60,832 bases of DNA from Nitrospirota bacterium (GCA_023382175.1 JAMCQB010000142.1:1-60832); one strand, 5' to 3'. Positions 35,905 through 46,712 are shown, counted from the first letter of the stretch. Translations and numbers: made by a program. Notes: a model not told the origin generated them from the sequence alone.

Positions 35905-38577
35905 ATGAAAAGCGCTGAGATTAGAGCTTCATTCCTTGATTATTTCCGGAGTAAGGGACACGAGATCGTAAAGAGTTCTCCCCTCATCCCGAAAGGGGAT
36001 CCTACCCTGCTCTTTACCAATGCCGGCATGGTCCAGTTCAAATCCGTTTTCCTCGGAGAAGAGAAAAGACCATACACCAGGGCCACATCATGCCAGAAGT
36101 GCCTGAGGGCCGGCGGCAAGCATAGCGATATAGAAAATGTGGGTCATACGGCGCGCCATCATACGTTCTTTGAGATGCTGGGGAACTTCTCCTTCGGCGA
36201 CTACTTCAAAAGGGACGCCATATCCTATGGATGGGAGCTCCTCACAGAGCGGTTCAAACTCCCGAAGGATACCTTATGGGTGTCCGTATTCGAGAACGAT
36301 GATGAGGCGGCAAAGCTCTGGCTGGACCTCACCGGCATACCCGAGTGCAGAATCGTGAGGCTGGGAGCAAAGGACAACTTCTGGCAGATGGGTGACACCG
36401 GACCATGCGGTCCTTGCTCAGAGATCATCATCGACCAGGGGCTGGAAGTGGGCTGCGGCAGGGAAGACTGCACTGTGGGCTGCGACTGTGACCGGTACCT
36501 CGAGATATGGAACCTCGTCTTCATGCAGTTCAACAGGGACGAACAGGGGAACCTGACCCCGCTGCCGAGGCCGAGCATCGATACAGGAATGGGCCTTGAG
36601 AGGATCTCGGCAGTCCTGCAGGGCAAGCTCAACAATTTTGACACTGACATCTTCTCCACTATCATATCGGCAGTGAGCCATTACACCGGCGTCGGCTACG
36701 GCAAAAGCCCGCAGAGCGATGCCTCTATACGGGTGGTTTCGGATCATATCCGGTCCATCTCGTTCCTCCTTGCAGAGGGCCTCATGCCCTCCAATGAAGG
36801 GCGTGGATACGTGCTCAGGAGGATCATCAGAAGGGCATCCCGTCATGCCCGGATGCTCGGCATCCATAAGCCGGTGCTTCACCACCTGGTTGACTCCGTT
36901 GCAGAGTGCATGGAGGATATCTACCCTGAACTCCATGAAGAAAGGGAAAGGGCAGCCAGGATCCTGATGATCGAAGAAGAGCGCTTTGCCAGGACCCTGG
37001 AACAGGGCATGCGGGTAATGGATGATATCATTGCGACCCTGAATAAATCCGGCCGGAAGGTGATCCCCGGCAGCGAGCTCTTCAAGCTCTATGACACCTT
37101 CGGCTTTCCCCTGGACCTGGCCCGGGATATTGCCGTTGACAGCAACCTGCTCATCGATGAAGACGGATTTCAGAGGGAGATGGAGATACAGAGAGAACGG
37201 GCAAGGGCCTCGTGGGTAGGAGAAGAAGAGGCTGTGGCATCCATTTACCGCGAGCTCATCTCCGAGATCGGCAAGACTGAATTCGTGGGCTATGAAACCC
37301 TGGAGTCCGAATCGGTAACAAAGGCTATCGTCAGGGACGGAAAAGTGATAAAGGAAGCAAGGGAAGGCGCAGAGGTCGAGGTCTTCCTCGACAGGACGCC
37401 CTTCTATGGAGAATCCGGCGGACAGATGGGAGATACCGGTGAAATCACAGGCGAGAACTTCCGGGCATCGGTGAGCGATACCCGGAAACCCCTGGAAGGA
37501 CTCCATGCCCATGCGGTGAAGATCAAAAAGGGCACCCTCCGCGTATGGGACAGAGTGCGGTGCAGGGTGGATGCTGAAGAGAGAAAAGCGGCAATGAGAA
37601 ACCATACCGCCACCCATCTGCTCCAGGCTGCTCTGAAACTCGTGGTGGGTGACCACGTGAAGCAGGCAGGTTCCCTCGTTTCCCCTTCGCGGCTCCGCTT
37701 TGACTTTACGAATTTTTCGGGTCTCGGGGACTCGGAGATCTCTGCCATCGAGGCTATGGTGAACGAAAGGATATTGGAGAACCTTCCGGTAAACACTACA
37801 GTGATGAATATAAAAACCGCTATTGAGTCAGGGGCTACCGCCCTTTTTGGAGAGAAGTACGGGGAGTCAGTGCGGGTTGTTTCGGTGCCGGGATACAGTT
37901 CGGAACTCTGCGGGGGAACCCACTGCAAGGCCACGGGGGATATTGGTCTCTTTGTCATCGTCTCGGAAGGAAGCGTTGCCTCAGGTATCAGGAGAATTGA
38001 GGCCTTCACCGGCAAGGCGGCATTTCAGTTCCTTAGGGAGAAAGGGGACGAGTTGAAGAAGATCAGCGAACTCCTGAAGACCGACCATGTTTATCCCAGG
38101 ATAGAAAAACTCATTTCAGAATTGAAAACCCTGGAAAGGGAACGGGATGCCATGAAACTGAAGGCGGCCACAAAAGACTCTTCAGCCATCCTTGAGCGGG
38201 CGCGCACCATAAACGGGATAACCGTGCTTTCCCGCAGGGTGGACGGCCTTGAACAGAAGGACCTGAGGATGCTTGCCGACACCCTGAGGGACAAAATAGG
38301 CTCGGGGATCATATTCGTTGCATCAGTAAAAAACGGCCAGGCAGCCATGCTCGCCATGGTCACGAAGGACCTGACCGGCAGGTTCAATGCAGGAGAGATA
38401 CTGAAGGAAGTGGCAGCCATGACAGGAGGAAGAGGCGGCGGCAAAGCTGAAATGGCACAGGGAGGCACGAGTAATCTGGACGGACTGGACAAGGCCCTGG
38501 AATCAGTATACGATATGATAAAACAGCAGGTTAAGGTAAAGGCTGAGGTTAAGGAAAATCGAGATTTTCGATCTTAA
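35905..38577 (+). CDS. alaS: Alanine-tRNA ligase
   Basis: The ORF track begins at 35680. The ATG at 35905 gives the canonical MKSAEIRASFLDYFRSKGHEIV N-terminus. The upstream 75 Arg-rich codons overlap the lipoprotein gene in another frame. Editing-domain HxxxH (HTATHLL) and C-terminal DHHA1 region are present. Confidence 0.95.
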   Translation: MKSAEIRASFLDYFRSKGHEIVKSSPLIPKGDPTLLFTNAGMVQFKSVFLGEEKRPYTRATSCQKCLRAGGKHSDIENVGHTARHHTFFEMLGNFSFGDYFKRDAISYGWELLTERFKLPKDTLWVSVFENDDEAAKLWLDLTGIPECRIVRLGAKDNFWQMGDTGPCGPCSEIIIDQGLEVGCGREDCTVGCDCDRYLEIWNLVFMQFNRDEQGNLTPLPRPSIDTGMGLERISAVLQGKLNNFDTDIFSTIISAVSHYTGVGYGKSPQSDASIRVVSDHIRSISFLLAEGLMPSNEGRGYVLRRIIRRASRHARMLGIHKPVLHHLVDSVAECMEDIYPELHEERERAARILMIEEERFARTLEQGMRVMDDIIATLNKSGRKVIPGSELFKLYDTFGFPLDLARDIAVDSNLLIDEDGFQREMEIQRERARASWVGEEEAVASIYRELISEIGKTEFVGYETLESESVTKAIVRDGKVIKEAREGAEVEVFLDRTPFYGESGGQMGDTGEITGENFRASVSDTRKPLEGLHAHAVKIKKGTLRVWDRVRCRVDAEERKAAMRNHTATHLLQAALKLVVGDHVKQAGSLVSPSRLRFDFTNFSGLGDSEISAIEAMVNERILENLPVNTTVMNIKTAIESGATALFGEKYGESVRVVSVPGYSSELCGGTHCKATGDIGLFVIVSEGSVASGIRRIEAFTGKAAFQFLREKGDELKKISELLKTDHVYPRIEKLISELKTLERERDAMKLKAATKDSSAILERARTINGITVLSRRVDGLEQKDLRMLADTLRDKIGSGIIFVASVKNGQAAMLAMVTKDLTGRFNAGEILKEVAAMTGGRGGGKAEMAQGGTSNLDGLDKALESVYDMIKQQVKVKAEVKENRDFRS

Positions 38578-38597
38578 CCTCAACCTTAGCCTCAATC
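38529..38597. repeat. Palindromic element, family G (GGTTAAGG repeats), overlapping the last 16 codons and stop of alaS
   Basis: ggttaaggtaaaggctgaggttaagg-aaaatcgagattttcgat-cttaacctcaaccttagcctcaatc, with inverted arms. It may double as a terminator hairpin. Confidence 0.55.
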
Positions 38598-38619
38598 TGT
38601 ATTTATATGGAGGTGCCTT

Positions 38620-38967
38620 ATGACATTTTTTGATGCGGTAAGAACCGCTCTCCTGGCGGGGTTTGGGGTCCAGGAAAAGGTTGCCGAGTTCATCAACGAC
38701 CTGGTCAAAAAGGGGGAGTTGAGCGAATCCCAGGGCGCAAAGCTTGTGAAGGAATGGACAGAGAAGGCTGACAAGAGCACCGAACAAATCAGCAGGAGTC
38801 TTTCGGACATCATCTCCAAAACCATGGAAAAGATGGCGATCCCCACGAAGGACGACATCGAAAAACTGAACAAGAAAATTCAGACACTCTCTGCACGGGT
38901 TAAGAAGCTGGAGGGGATCAAGGCGGAATCGACTCGCAGCGAGGAGGAAGGTCCGGAAGAGGAATAG
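38620..38967 (+). CDS. Phasin-superfamily protein (COG3937-like)
   Basis: 115 aa, helical. FFDAVRTALLAGFGVQEKVAEFINDLVKKGELS and IPTKDDIEKLNKKIQTLSARVKKLEG. This type commonly sits upstream of ubiB. Confidence 0.7.
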   Translation: MTFFDAVRTALLAGFGVQEKVAEFINDLVKKGELSESQGAKLVKEWTEKADKSTEQISRSLSDIISKTMEKMAIPTKDDIEKLNKKIQTLSARVKKLEGIKAESTRSEEEGPEEE

Positions 38968-38972
38968 CTCCG

Positions 38973-40670
38973 GTGGATCTCTTCAGAGTCACCCGCACCT
39001 ACCGGTCTGCACGAAGGCTTCAGCAGATCATCAATGTCTTTCTCAAACACGGCTTCGGCCGTATCATAGACCAGATACACCTCGGCAGATACGTCCCTTT
39101 CAGAAAGCGTCTCAAGGCCTTCGGTCAGTGGCCCGCACTCAAGGGACCTTCGGTGCCGGAACGGCTCCGCATCGCCTTTGAAGAACTGGGGCCAAGCTTC
39201 ATCAAGCTGGCACAGCTCCTTTCTTCCCGGCCTGACCTTATCACGGCACAGTTTGCAAACGAGTTCAAGAAGCTCCAGGACGAAGTGCCGCCCTTCCCTG
39301 TGACAGAGGCAAAAAGGATCATCGAGGAGGAGCTGAAGAAGCCCGTAGGCGGAATATTCCTCGAGTTCAAGGATGAGCCCGTTGCAGCGGCATCCATCGC
39401 ACAGGTCCACTATGCAAAGCTTGTAGACGGCAGCGAGGTGATCGTGAAGGTCCAGCGTCCCGGCATACGGGAACAACTGGAGACCGATATCAATATCCTT
39501 ACCACCGTCGCACGCCTTCTGGAACGGCATGTTCCGGAAAGCAGGTTCTTTAATCCGGTGGGAATCGTTGATGAATTCTCAAGGACGCTCTACAAGGAGT
39601 TGGACTTTGTGGGAGAGGCCAAGAACTGCTCCCGGTTCAAGAGGAGCTTCGAAAACAACCCTGAAATCTATATCCCGCGGATCTATGGAGATTATGTTAC
39701 AGAGAAAATCCTCGTCATGGAAAGGATCGATGGTGTGAGGATCGACGATATATCCGGAATCGTGGCCATGGGCCTTGACCGCAAGAGGCTCGTAAAGATC
39801 AGTGTGGACGCTTACTTCAAGATGATCCTGGAAGACGGGTTTTTCCACGCAGACCCTCACCCCGGCAATATCCTCGTAACCCCTGAAGGAATGCTTGCCT
39901 TCGTGGATTTCGGTATCGTGGGGAGCGTGACCCCCGAGATGATGGAGACCATGGCAAATACGTTCCTTGCCCTCATCCATAGAGACTTCGACGGCCTCAT
40001 TGATCAGTACGTTGAACTGGGGTACGTGCCTGAGGATGTGGACCTTGACAAGTTCAGGCGGGAGTTTAAGACAGACCTCCTCTATTTCCTCGAGCCACTC
40101 TATGGAATGACGCTCCAGGAGATCAATTTTGCCCAGTACCTCGACATCATCACCCACATCGCGCTGAAACACAGGATGCAGATACCGTCGGACCTGCTAC
40201 TCATCAACAAGGCGATGCTGATCCTCGAAAATATCGGCAGGGAACTGGACCCGGGCTTCGACTTCGTTGCAGCAGCAGAACCCTATGCCGAAAAGATCGT
40301 GAAGAGCAGGTACAGCCCTTCGAAGATCGTGGAGAAGGCAAGCAAGAATGTCATGGAACTGGCGGATTTCGTCTTCCTCTTTCCAAAGCAGATAAAGATG
40401 ATCATCCGGAAGTTTCTCCGGGACGACATCCATTTGAAGATGACCCATATAGGACTGGACCGGTTCATCACCGATATGGACCGTTCGAGCAACCGCATCA
40501 CCTTCGGCCTGATCATCGCAGCAATGCTCGTCAGTTCCGCCATAATGCAGTCATCCGGGGTAGGCTCAAGGATCTTCGGAATGTCAGTCCTCGGTATCAT
40601 AAGCTTCGGGTTCGCCTTTCTCCTGGGCATATGGCTCATCATATCCATCATACGTTCGGGAAGGCTGTAG
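38973..40670 (+). CDS. ubiB: ABC1/UbiB-family atypical kinase
   Basis: 565 aa, GTG start. KLAQLLSSRPDL, AAASIAQVHYA and HADPHPGNI motifs. Two C-terminal TM helices. Confidence 0.9.
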   Translation: MDLFRVTRTYRSARRLQQIINVFLKHGFGRIIDQIHLGRYVPFRKRLKAFGQWPALKGPSVPERLRIAFEELGPSFIKLAQLLSSRPDLITAQFANEFKKLQDEVPPFPVTEAKRIIEEELKKPVGGIFLEFKDEPVAAASIAQVHYAKLVDGSEVIVKVQRPGIREQLETDINILTTVARLLERHVPESRFFNPVGIVDEFSRTLYKELDFVGEAKNCSRFKRSFENNPEIYIPRIYGDYVTEKILVMERIDGVRIDDISGIVAMGLDRKRLVKISVDAYFKMILEDGFFHADPHPGNILVTPEGMLAFVDFGIVGSVTPEMMETMANTFLALIHRDFDGLIDQYVELGYVPEDVDLDKFRREFKTDLLYFLEPLYGMTLQEINFAQYLDIITHIALKHRMQIPSDLLLINKAMLILENIGRELDPGFDFVAAAEPYAEKIVKSRYSPSKIVEKASKNVMELADFVFLFPKQIKMIIRKFLRDDIHLKMTHIGLDRFITDMDRSSNRITFGLIIAAMLVSSAIMQSSGVGSRIFGMSVLGIISFGFAFLLGIWLIISIIRSGRL

Positions 40671-40791
40671 GGAGGTTTCTATGATATGCCAGGGGAGAAA
40701 TAAACAGGGAGGAGTTCGAAGAGAAGAAGAGAGACATTCAAATATAAACGTTCCCACTTTTTATCAGAGCTTTAAAAAGAACTGAGTGAGG

Positions 40792-41619
40792 TCACGACCG
40801 TACTTTCTGATAAATACAGGGCATTTTCTTATAAGGGACAAAATCTTGCGCAATGCGCGGGAGCGCTTCATGTATTCCGATAACGAGAAATCCGCCGGGG
40901 ACAAGCTTTTCAGATATTTTTTCGAAGATTCCCTGCTGCAGCTCAGCATCAAAGTAGGTGAAGACCAGGTTGCGGCAGAGTATGAGGTGAAAGCGTTCCT
41001 CGGGTAAGTGTTCACGAATGTCCTGTCTCATGAATACTATGTTCTCCATGAAAGGTCTCCTGATCATGTAACATTTTCCAGAACGTTCGAAAGCCTGTTG
41101 CGCCAATTCTTCTGGGAGGTCTCTGAGGCTGCTTTTCAGATACCGACCTTTTTGCGCGCGCTCCAACAAGTTCTGGTTCGTATCCGTGGCAATGATACGG
41201 AGCGGCAGATCACAATGTATTGCTGGTATGACTGCTGCTTTCCAGATTATCTGCATGGTATACGGTTCCTCGCCCGAACAACATCCCGCACTCCAGCAGA
41301 GAAGCTCTTTTTCCCCCCATGCTCTCACATTCTCTGCAAGTGCGGGCAGTATCTGAGAGCGCACTGTATCGAATACTCCCCGGTCGCGATAGAAGCGGGA
41401 AATGGTAATCTGGCAGAACGAATCCAGTGTCTGCCATTCATCGGGATGATCTCCGAGGTAGTCTTGGTAAGCAGAAAGGCCAGGAAGGCCCCGCTCCCTC
41501 AGGCGGGTGCTCAGCCGCTTGCATACCTGTTTGTGAACCTTGCGGAAGCCGGGCCATCGAAGCCGCAGCCTCGGCAAACACCACTGCAGGAATTCGATGC
41601 ATTCAACATCCTTCATCAA
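40792..41619 (-). CDS. CheR-type SAM-dependent protein-glutamate methyltransferase family protein
   Basis: 275 aa. ITISRFYRDRGVFD and WSAGCCSGEEPY motifs characteristic of CheR-like methyltransferases. No other che genes are in the window. Confidence 0.75.
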   Translation of the reverse strand: MMKDVECIEFLQWCLPRLRLRWPGFRKVHKQVCKRLSTRLRERGLPGLSAYQDYLGDHPDEWQTLDSFCQITISRFYRDRGVFDTVRSQILPALAENVRAWGEKELLCWSAGCCSGEEPYTMQIIWKAAVIPAIHCDLPLRIIATDTNQNLLERAQKGRYLKSSLRDLPEELAQQAFERSGKCYMIRRPFMENIVFMRQDIREHLPEERFHLILCRNLVFTYFDAELQQGIFEKISEKLVPGGFLVIGIHEALPRIAQDFVPYKKMPCIYQKVRS

Positions 41620-41647
41620 TCGTCTTTCCGTTCAGTTCAGCGGCTCC

Positions 41648-42418
41648 TTACTTCTTTCGCTCAAACATGGTCCCTGCAATGAGCACAAACACAATGGACG
41701 TGACAAGGAGGACGCCGATGTCTGTGACTATCGAAAAATCAAAGACCCCGCCGTCCCTGAATATAGCGTGTTTCAGGGCATCTATACCGTAAGTAAAGGG
41801 ATTCAGCCGGGTCAGGACTTTCAGGATATCCGGCAGCATCTTCACAGGGTACATGGCGCCGGAGAGGAAGAACATGGGCATTACGATGAAATTCATGATG
41901 ACACTGAAGCTCTCGAAACTCTCATAGAATGTTGCGATGACGATGCCCAGGGACGCGATGCAGAATGAAAGGAGTGTGCATATTATGATGGTCTCTATTA
42001 TCGCAAGGACACCGAGCTTGAGGCCGAGGAGCGGGAAGAGACAAAGGATTATCACGGCCTGTATCACAGAGACGATGGTGCCGCTCAGCGCCTTGCCCAG
42101 CACGATGGAAAACCGCGACACCGGCGCAACAAGGATCTCCTTCATGAGACCGAACTCCTTATCCCAGATGATGGAGATGGAAGAGAAGATGGCGCTGAAG
42201 AGGATGGTCATGCCGAGGATGCCGGGAAATATGAACTGGATGTAAGTTACGCCTCCCATAAGACCCATTCCTGGAGAAACGAGCCTGGACATTCCGCCGC
42301 CCACAAGGAAGAGCCAGATGAGGGGGCGCGCGATGGTGGAGATGAGCCTGGACTTCTCCCTTATGAATTTCTTGAATTCCCTGGCAACCAGGACATATAT
42401 GGCATTAACCTCTATCAA
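41648..42418 (-). CDS. ABC-2 type transporter permease
   Basis: 256 aa with six predicted TM helices. Overlaps the upstream ATPase gene by 14 nt. Confidence 0.85.
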   Translation of the reverse strand: MIEVNAIYVLVAREFKKFIREKSRLISTIARPLIWLFLVGGGMSRLVSPGMGLMGGVTYIQFIFPGILGMTILFSAIFSSISIIWDKEFGLMKEILVAPVSRFSIVLGKALSGTIVSVIQAVIILCLFPLLGLKLGVLAIIETIIICTLLSFCIASLGIVIATFYESFESFSVIMNFIVMPMFFLSGAMYPVKMLPDILKVLTRLNPFTYGIDALKHAIFRDGGVFDFSIVTDIGVLLVTSIVFVLIAGTMFERKK

Positions 42419-43391
42419 ATTTCCTCCTGTAGGATCGGACTTCCTCTTTTATTGTGTCCCCTGAGGAAACTTCCTCAACCCTGATCTCCTTCCCTGTCAT
42501 CTTCAAAAAGACATCATTAAGCGTAGGCCTCTGGAGCCTTACGGAAAGCACACTATCGCCCAGCGCTCTGATGATCTCAGGGATGCAGGCATCCCCCTTC
42601 AAAGAGGTCAGGAACAGTTCACTGTCCTGTTCAAAGACATTCACCTGGAACAGTTTCTCTATTTCAAGCTTCGCCCTTTTATTGTCCGATGTCTTGATAT
42701 AGATGACATCTCCGCCTATGGTCTTTTTGAGTTCGTCAGGGGTTCCCACGATGATGATCTTCCCGTTATCAATGATGGCGATTTTGCTGCAGACCTCTGC
42801 CTCTTCCATATAATGGGTCGTCATAAAGATCGTTACCTTGTGTTTCCTGGGAAGGTCCACAATAAAGTCCCAGAGATTTGCCCTGGTCTGGGGGTCCAGC
42901 CCCAGTGTGGGCTCATCAAGAAAGAGCACCTTCGGCCTGTGGATGAGGCCGCGAGCCACTTCAAGCCTCCGCTTCATGCCGCCGGAGAATTTCTTCACGA
43001 GGTCATTCCTCCTGTCGTAGAGGTCCACAAAATTCAGGGCGTCCTTTATCCGCGGCTCCCTCTCTGATTTTTTTACGTCATAGAGATATGCGTGGAAGAC
43101 CAAATTTTCATAAGCGGTGAGGTCCTTGTCCAGGGTCATGTCCTGGAAGACGATGCCTATGGCCTTTCTCACCTCGGATGATTGCTTTGTGCAATCAAAG
43201 CCGAAGATCGAAGCACGTCCGGATGTAGGCGCAAGAAGGGTGCAGAGGATATTTATGGTCGTGGTCTTCCCTGCGCCGTTCGGTCCGAGAAAACCGAATA
43301 TAGTCCCCTCCTCCACTTCAAAAGAAATATCATTCACCGCAGTGAGATTGCCGAATTTCTTGACGAGGTTTTCGACCTTAATTATGGACAT
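42405..43391 (-). CDS. ABC transporter ATP-binding protein (DrrA/ABC-2 type)
   Basis: The start is moved to the ATG at 43391 (MSIIKVENLVKKFG). Walker A GPNGAGKTT, signature FSGGMKRRLE, Walker B LFLDEPT. Confidence 0.9.
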   Translation of the reverse strand: MSIIKVENLVKKFGNLTAVNDISFEVEEGTIFGFLGPNGAGKTTTINILCTLLAPTSGRASIFGFDCTKQSSEVRKAIGIVFQDMTLDKDLTAYENLVFHAYLYDVKKSEREPRIKDALNFVDLYDRRNDLVKKFSGGMKRRLEVARGLIHRPKVLFLDEPTLGLDPQTRANLWDFIVDLPRKHKVTIFMTTHYMEEAEVCSKIAIIDNGKIIIVGTPDELKKTIGGDVIYIKTSDNKRAKLEIEKLFQVNVFEQDSELFLTSLKGDACIPEIIRALGDSVLSVRLQRPTLNDVFLKMTGKEIRVEEVSSGDTIKEEVRSYRRKFDRG

Positions 43392-43459
43392 ATAAGAGTT
43401 TAACAGAAAAGGGGGAAGATAGGAATATTTGGCTCCCAATGACTTTCGCCTCCTTCGCC

Positions 43460-43551
43460 GTCATTCCTGTCCCTGCTTCCGCAGGAATAAACTCCAGCAG
43501 GAATCCAAGTCCTTCTTAACCACTCTGGATTACCATTCTCATGGGAATGAC
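43460..43551. repeat. MITE-like palindromic element, family A
   Basis: gtcattcctgtccctgcttccgcaggaat...ccagcaggaatcc...ctggattaccattctcatgggaatgac has the same termini and architecture as 1507..1570. Confidence 0.7.
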
Positions 43552-43671
43552 ATCATAAAAAACTCCGGAACTCCAATCAGGAAAATTCATTGACATGATA
43601 AAAGGTGATTGATAGAATACCTTCGATTGGAGGGGATTAAGTATGGGGCAACTTTCTGAGAAGGGACCTTA

Positions 43672-44646
43672 ATGGATTTTCTTCAATGTACTTTCCCTGT
43701 CTCAGGGGTCAAAACGAATATCCTCATCCCGCCCCTGGTCGCCATGGTGATCTCCTTCTTCACTTCCATGGGTGGGGTCTCCGGGGCGTTCCTCCTCCTC
43801 CCCTTCCAGGTGAGCGTGCTTAACTACACAGGCCCTTCAGTGAGCGGGACGAACTTCATCTTCAATATCGTTGCCATACCGGGCGGCGTCTATCGCTACA
43901 TCAAAGAAGGACGGATGGCGTGGCCTTTGACCTGGGTGGTGATCATCGGCACCCTCCCCGGCGTCTTCATCGGCTATATAATCCGGGTGCTCTATCTTCC
44001 CGACCCCAGGGCATTCAAGCTTTTCGTTGGGTGCGTGCTCCTCTATGTCGGGTCGAGACTTCTCTATGAATTCACCGGCAGGGCCACTATAAAGAATGCG
44101 TCGACAAAGGCCCTTGAAAACAAGTTCAGAGAAAGAACAGAGGAGATCAGGAAACAGCAGAACTCCAGAATAGCGTCGGGACTTCCTGCAGAGGCCGTGG
44201 TGAAAACCATCTCGGTGTCACTTAAGAAGATCGAGTATGAATTCTGGGGGGAGAGGTTCTCTTACAGCACCGTGGGCATGTTTGTCCTGTCGTTCTTCGT
44301 CGGCATCATCGGCGGCACGTATGGCATCGGCGGCGCGGCCATTATCGTTCCCTTCTGTGTGGCGGTATTCCATCTCCCGGTATATACCATCGCAGGGGCA
44401 GCGCTCATGGGCACCTTTATCACCTCAATTGCGGGCGTGATATTCTACAGCATTATCCCGGTGAGCGGCGGGACCGAAACATCCCCTGACTGGCTTTTAG
44501 GATTTCTCTTCGGCATCGGCGGGACCATCGGCATTTACCTCGGGGCGCGTTTTCAGAAATTTGTTCCCCAGAAGTTCATAAAGCTGATCATCAGCGGCCT
44601 CATCATCTTCGTGGCCTTGAAGTATATCGTTCAGTATTTCGTGTGA
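43672..44646 (+). CDS. TauE/SafE family sulfite/anion exporter
   Basis: 324 aa polytopic membrane protein with two TSUP-type halves (GMGGVSGAFLLLP / GIIGGTYGIGGAAIIVP) around a charged loop. Confidence 0.8.
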   Translation: MDFLQCTFPVSGVKTNILIPPLVAMVISFFTSMGGVSGAFLLLPFQVSVLNYTGPSVSGTNFIFNIVAIPGGVYRYIKEGRMAWPLTWVVIIGTLPGVFIGYIIRVLYLPDPRAFKLFVGCVLLYVGSRLLYEFTGRATIKNASTKALENKFRERTEEIRKQQNSRIASGLPAEAVVKTISVSLKKIEYEFWGERFSYSTVGMFVLSFFVGIIGGTYGIGGAAIIVPFCVAVFHLPVYTIAGAALMGTFITSIAGVIFYSIIPVSGGTETSPDWLLGFLFGIGGTIGIYLGARFQKFVPQKFIKLIISGLIIFVALKYIVQYFV

Positions 44647-44649
44647 ATT

Positions 44650-44686
44650 CTCTCGCCCCCTTTAGCAAAGGGAGAAGGGGGGATTT
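44650..44686. terminator. Hairpin / family E-like element between convergent genes (possible bidirectional terminator)
   Basis: ctctcgCCCCCTTTagcAAAGGGaGaaggggggattt lies between the tauE-like stop (44646) and the histidine kinase stop (44697). Confidence 0.35.
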
Positions 44687-44696
44687 GTCATCACTT

Positions 44697-46712
44697 CTAC
44701 ACTTCCTCTCCGTCAATGGCCTTCCGTACCATCTTCGCCAGCTCCGCCACCCTGTATGGCTTGTCCAGGAATCCAAGAACGCCTGATTCCCTTAACCCCT
44801 GGGCCTCGTCTGCAGCATAACCGCTGGAGATGATCACCTTGACGCCGGGGTTTATCCTCTTTAACCGGCGATAGGCTTCGATGCCGTCAACCTTCGGCAT
44901 GACCCTGTCCATGAGGATCAGGGAGACGTCCGTGCCGCGTTCCCCGTAAACCTTTATCGCATCTTCACCGTCCACTGCGGTGACCACGTTATACCCCAGC
45001 CCTTCGAGGATGGAGGACCCGAGCGTCCGGATCAACTCTTCGTCATCGGCCAGAAGAATGGTTTCGGTTCCCCGGGGGAGTTCCTGCTTCCCCGGCAGTG
45101 CTTCCGCGGGCTCACTCTCCGCGGTAACTGTGGGGAGATACACCCTGAACTCCGAGCCCCTTCCCACCTCGCTGTAGAGGTTAATCCAGCCCCCGTGGGC
45201 CTTCACTATGGAATAGGTAACGGCAAGACCAAGGCCCGTGCCCTTGCCCTTGGTCTTTGTGGAGAAAAAGGGCTCAAATATCCTGTTCCTTATCTCCTCG
45301 GGGATACCCTCCCCCGTGTCCGTAACCGAGATGGTCACATAACGCCCGGGCTTTGCATAGGCATAATGCCTGCAGTATTCCTCATCCACCAAGGTCTCCC
45401 CTGTCCGTATCTCGATGGTCCCACCCTTGGTGACGGCATCCCTTGCATTCACCACAAGGTTCATCAGTATCTGCGTTATCTGCGATGGATCGCCATCCAC
45501 CGGCCGGATGTCCGGATTCAGTGACACGCGCATCTCTATGGTCTCTTCCACCATGCGCCTGAGCATTTTTATGGAATCCTCAATGAGATGATTTATATTC
45601 ACGGGCTGCCGCATCGCCGGCAGTTTCCTTCCGATGAGGAGTATCTGGCGGGTAAAATCAGCCGCTTTTTCTGTCAGCTCCAGCACCCTGCCCAGGTATT
45701 CCTTTTCCCTGGGTCCCTGAGACTCCTCAAGGGCCAGTTCAGAGTATCCGATGATCCCCGTGAGGAGGTTGTTGAAGTCATGGGCGATCCCTGCCGACAG
45801 GGTGCCGATGGCCTCCATCTTCTGCGCCTGCAGGAGGGATGCCCTGTACTCGTCCATCTCCTTTGTGATGGCATCGTTCCTCTCCTGTAATTGCCTGGTC
45901 ATGGCGTTAAAATTGGTGGCAAGGACTCCGAATTCGTCCTTCGAGTCTATAGCAATGGAATGGGAGAGGTCGCCGGCAGCGACCTTCTGAATCCCCTCAG
46001 TCAAAAGGGTCACCGGACTGAGAACGAAACGGTGAACAACGAGGTAGAGGGAAATGGAGAGCACTGCGATAAAGACAGAACCAAAGGCGGCTATGGTAAC
46101 CCCCTGCTTCCGGATATAGGTGTCCGCGGACTGGAGGGAGAATGCCGATTCAATCCTACCCAGCATCTTTCCCTCTTTTGCATGGACATGGCACGCCGCG
46201 TTATAGCAGGAGGGCATATTGAGAATCGGTTCGGTCATCACAAGGGCCCTCTGCCCCTTCACCTCTTTCATCACACGGGACCGTGCATCGCCGCGGAGGG
46301 ATTCTGTGGCCTGCATATCAACACCACTCTTCAGGGAGGAAAAGCGGACAACCCCATTGGCGTCCGTGAGCTTGATCCACATGATGTTCTCCGTGGTGGC
46401 CAGAGAATCTATAGTCTGTCTGATAAAGTCCCTGTGATTGGTGAGCATCCCGTAGTATAAGGCCCTCTTCATTACATCCATCTGGGATTCAGCAAAGTTG
46501 ATGTTCTTGTTCAGCTCTTCCTTCTGTATGTGAATAATTGAGGGACACCAGAACAGGACGCTTACCCCGAGGATGATAAGGACACTCATGATAATGAGCT
46601 TCCCCGCGAGGGAAAGGAATGGTTGCCTTGTCGTTGAGTTATCTTCTGTCAATTTGAGGCGCCGCCGTCTCTTTCTTATAATTTCATTGTCTTCATATTT
46701 GGCTGAAAACAA
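44697..46712 (-). CDS. Hybrid sensor histidine kinase / response regulator (periplasmic sensor-HAMP-HisKA-HATPase-REC)
   Basis: 671 aa. Two TM helices flank a loop of about 150 aa. HAMP domain, H-box [12 protein letters not shown] boxes ([18 protein letters not shown]), and C-terminal REC (ILLADDE...[13 protein letters not shown]). Confidence 0.9.
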   Translation of the reverse strand: MFSAKYEDNEIIRKRRRRLKLTEDNSTTRQPFLSLAGKLIIMSVLIILGVSVLFWCPSIIHIQKEELNKNINFAESQMDVMKRALYYGMLTNHRDFIRQTIDSLATTENIMWIKLTDANGVVRFSSLKSGVDMQATESLRGDARSRVMKEVKGQRALVMTEPILNMPSCYNAACHVHAKEGKMLGRIESAFSLQSADTYIRKQGVTIAAFGSVFIAVLSISLYLVVHRFVLSPVTLLTEGIQKVAAGDLSHSIAIDSKDEFGVLATNFNAMTRQLQERNDAITKEMDEYRASLLQAQKMEAIGTLSAGIAHDFNNLLTGIIGYSELALEESQGPREKEYLGRVLELTEKAADFTRQILLIGRKLPAMRQPVNINHLIEDSIKMLRRMVEETIEMRVSLNPDIRPVDGDPSQITQILMNLVVNARDAVTKGGTIEIRTGETLVDEEYCRHYAYAKPGRYVTISVTDTGEGIPEEIRNRIFEPFFSTKTKGKGTGLGLAVTYSIVKAHGGWINLYSEVGRGSEFRVYLPTVTAESEPAEALPGKQELPRGTETILLADDEELIRTLGSSILEGLGYNVVTAVDGEDAIKVYGERGTDVSLILMDRVMPKVDGIEAYRRLKRINPGVKVIISSGYAADEAQGLRESGVLGFLDKPYRVAELAKMVRKAIDGEEV

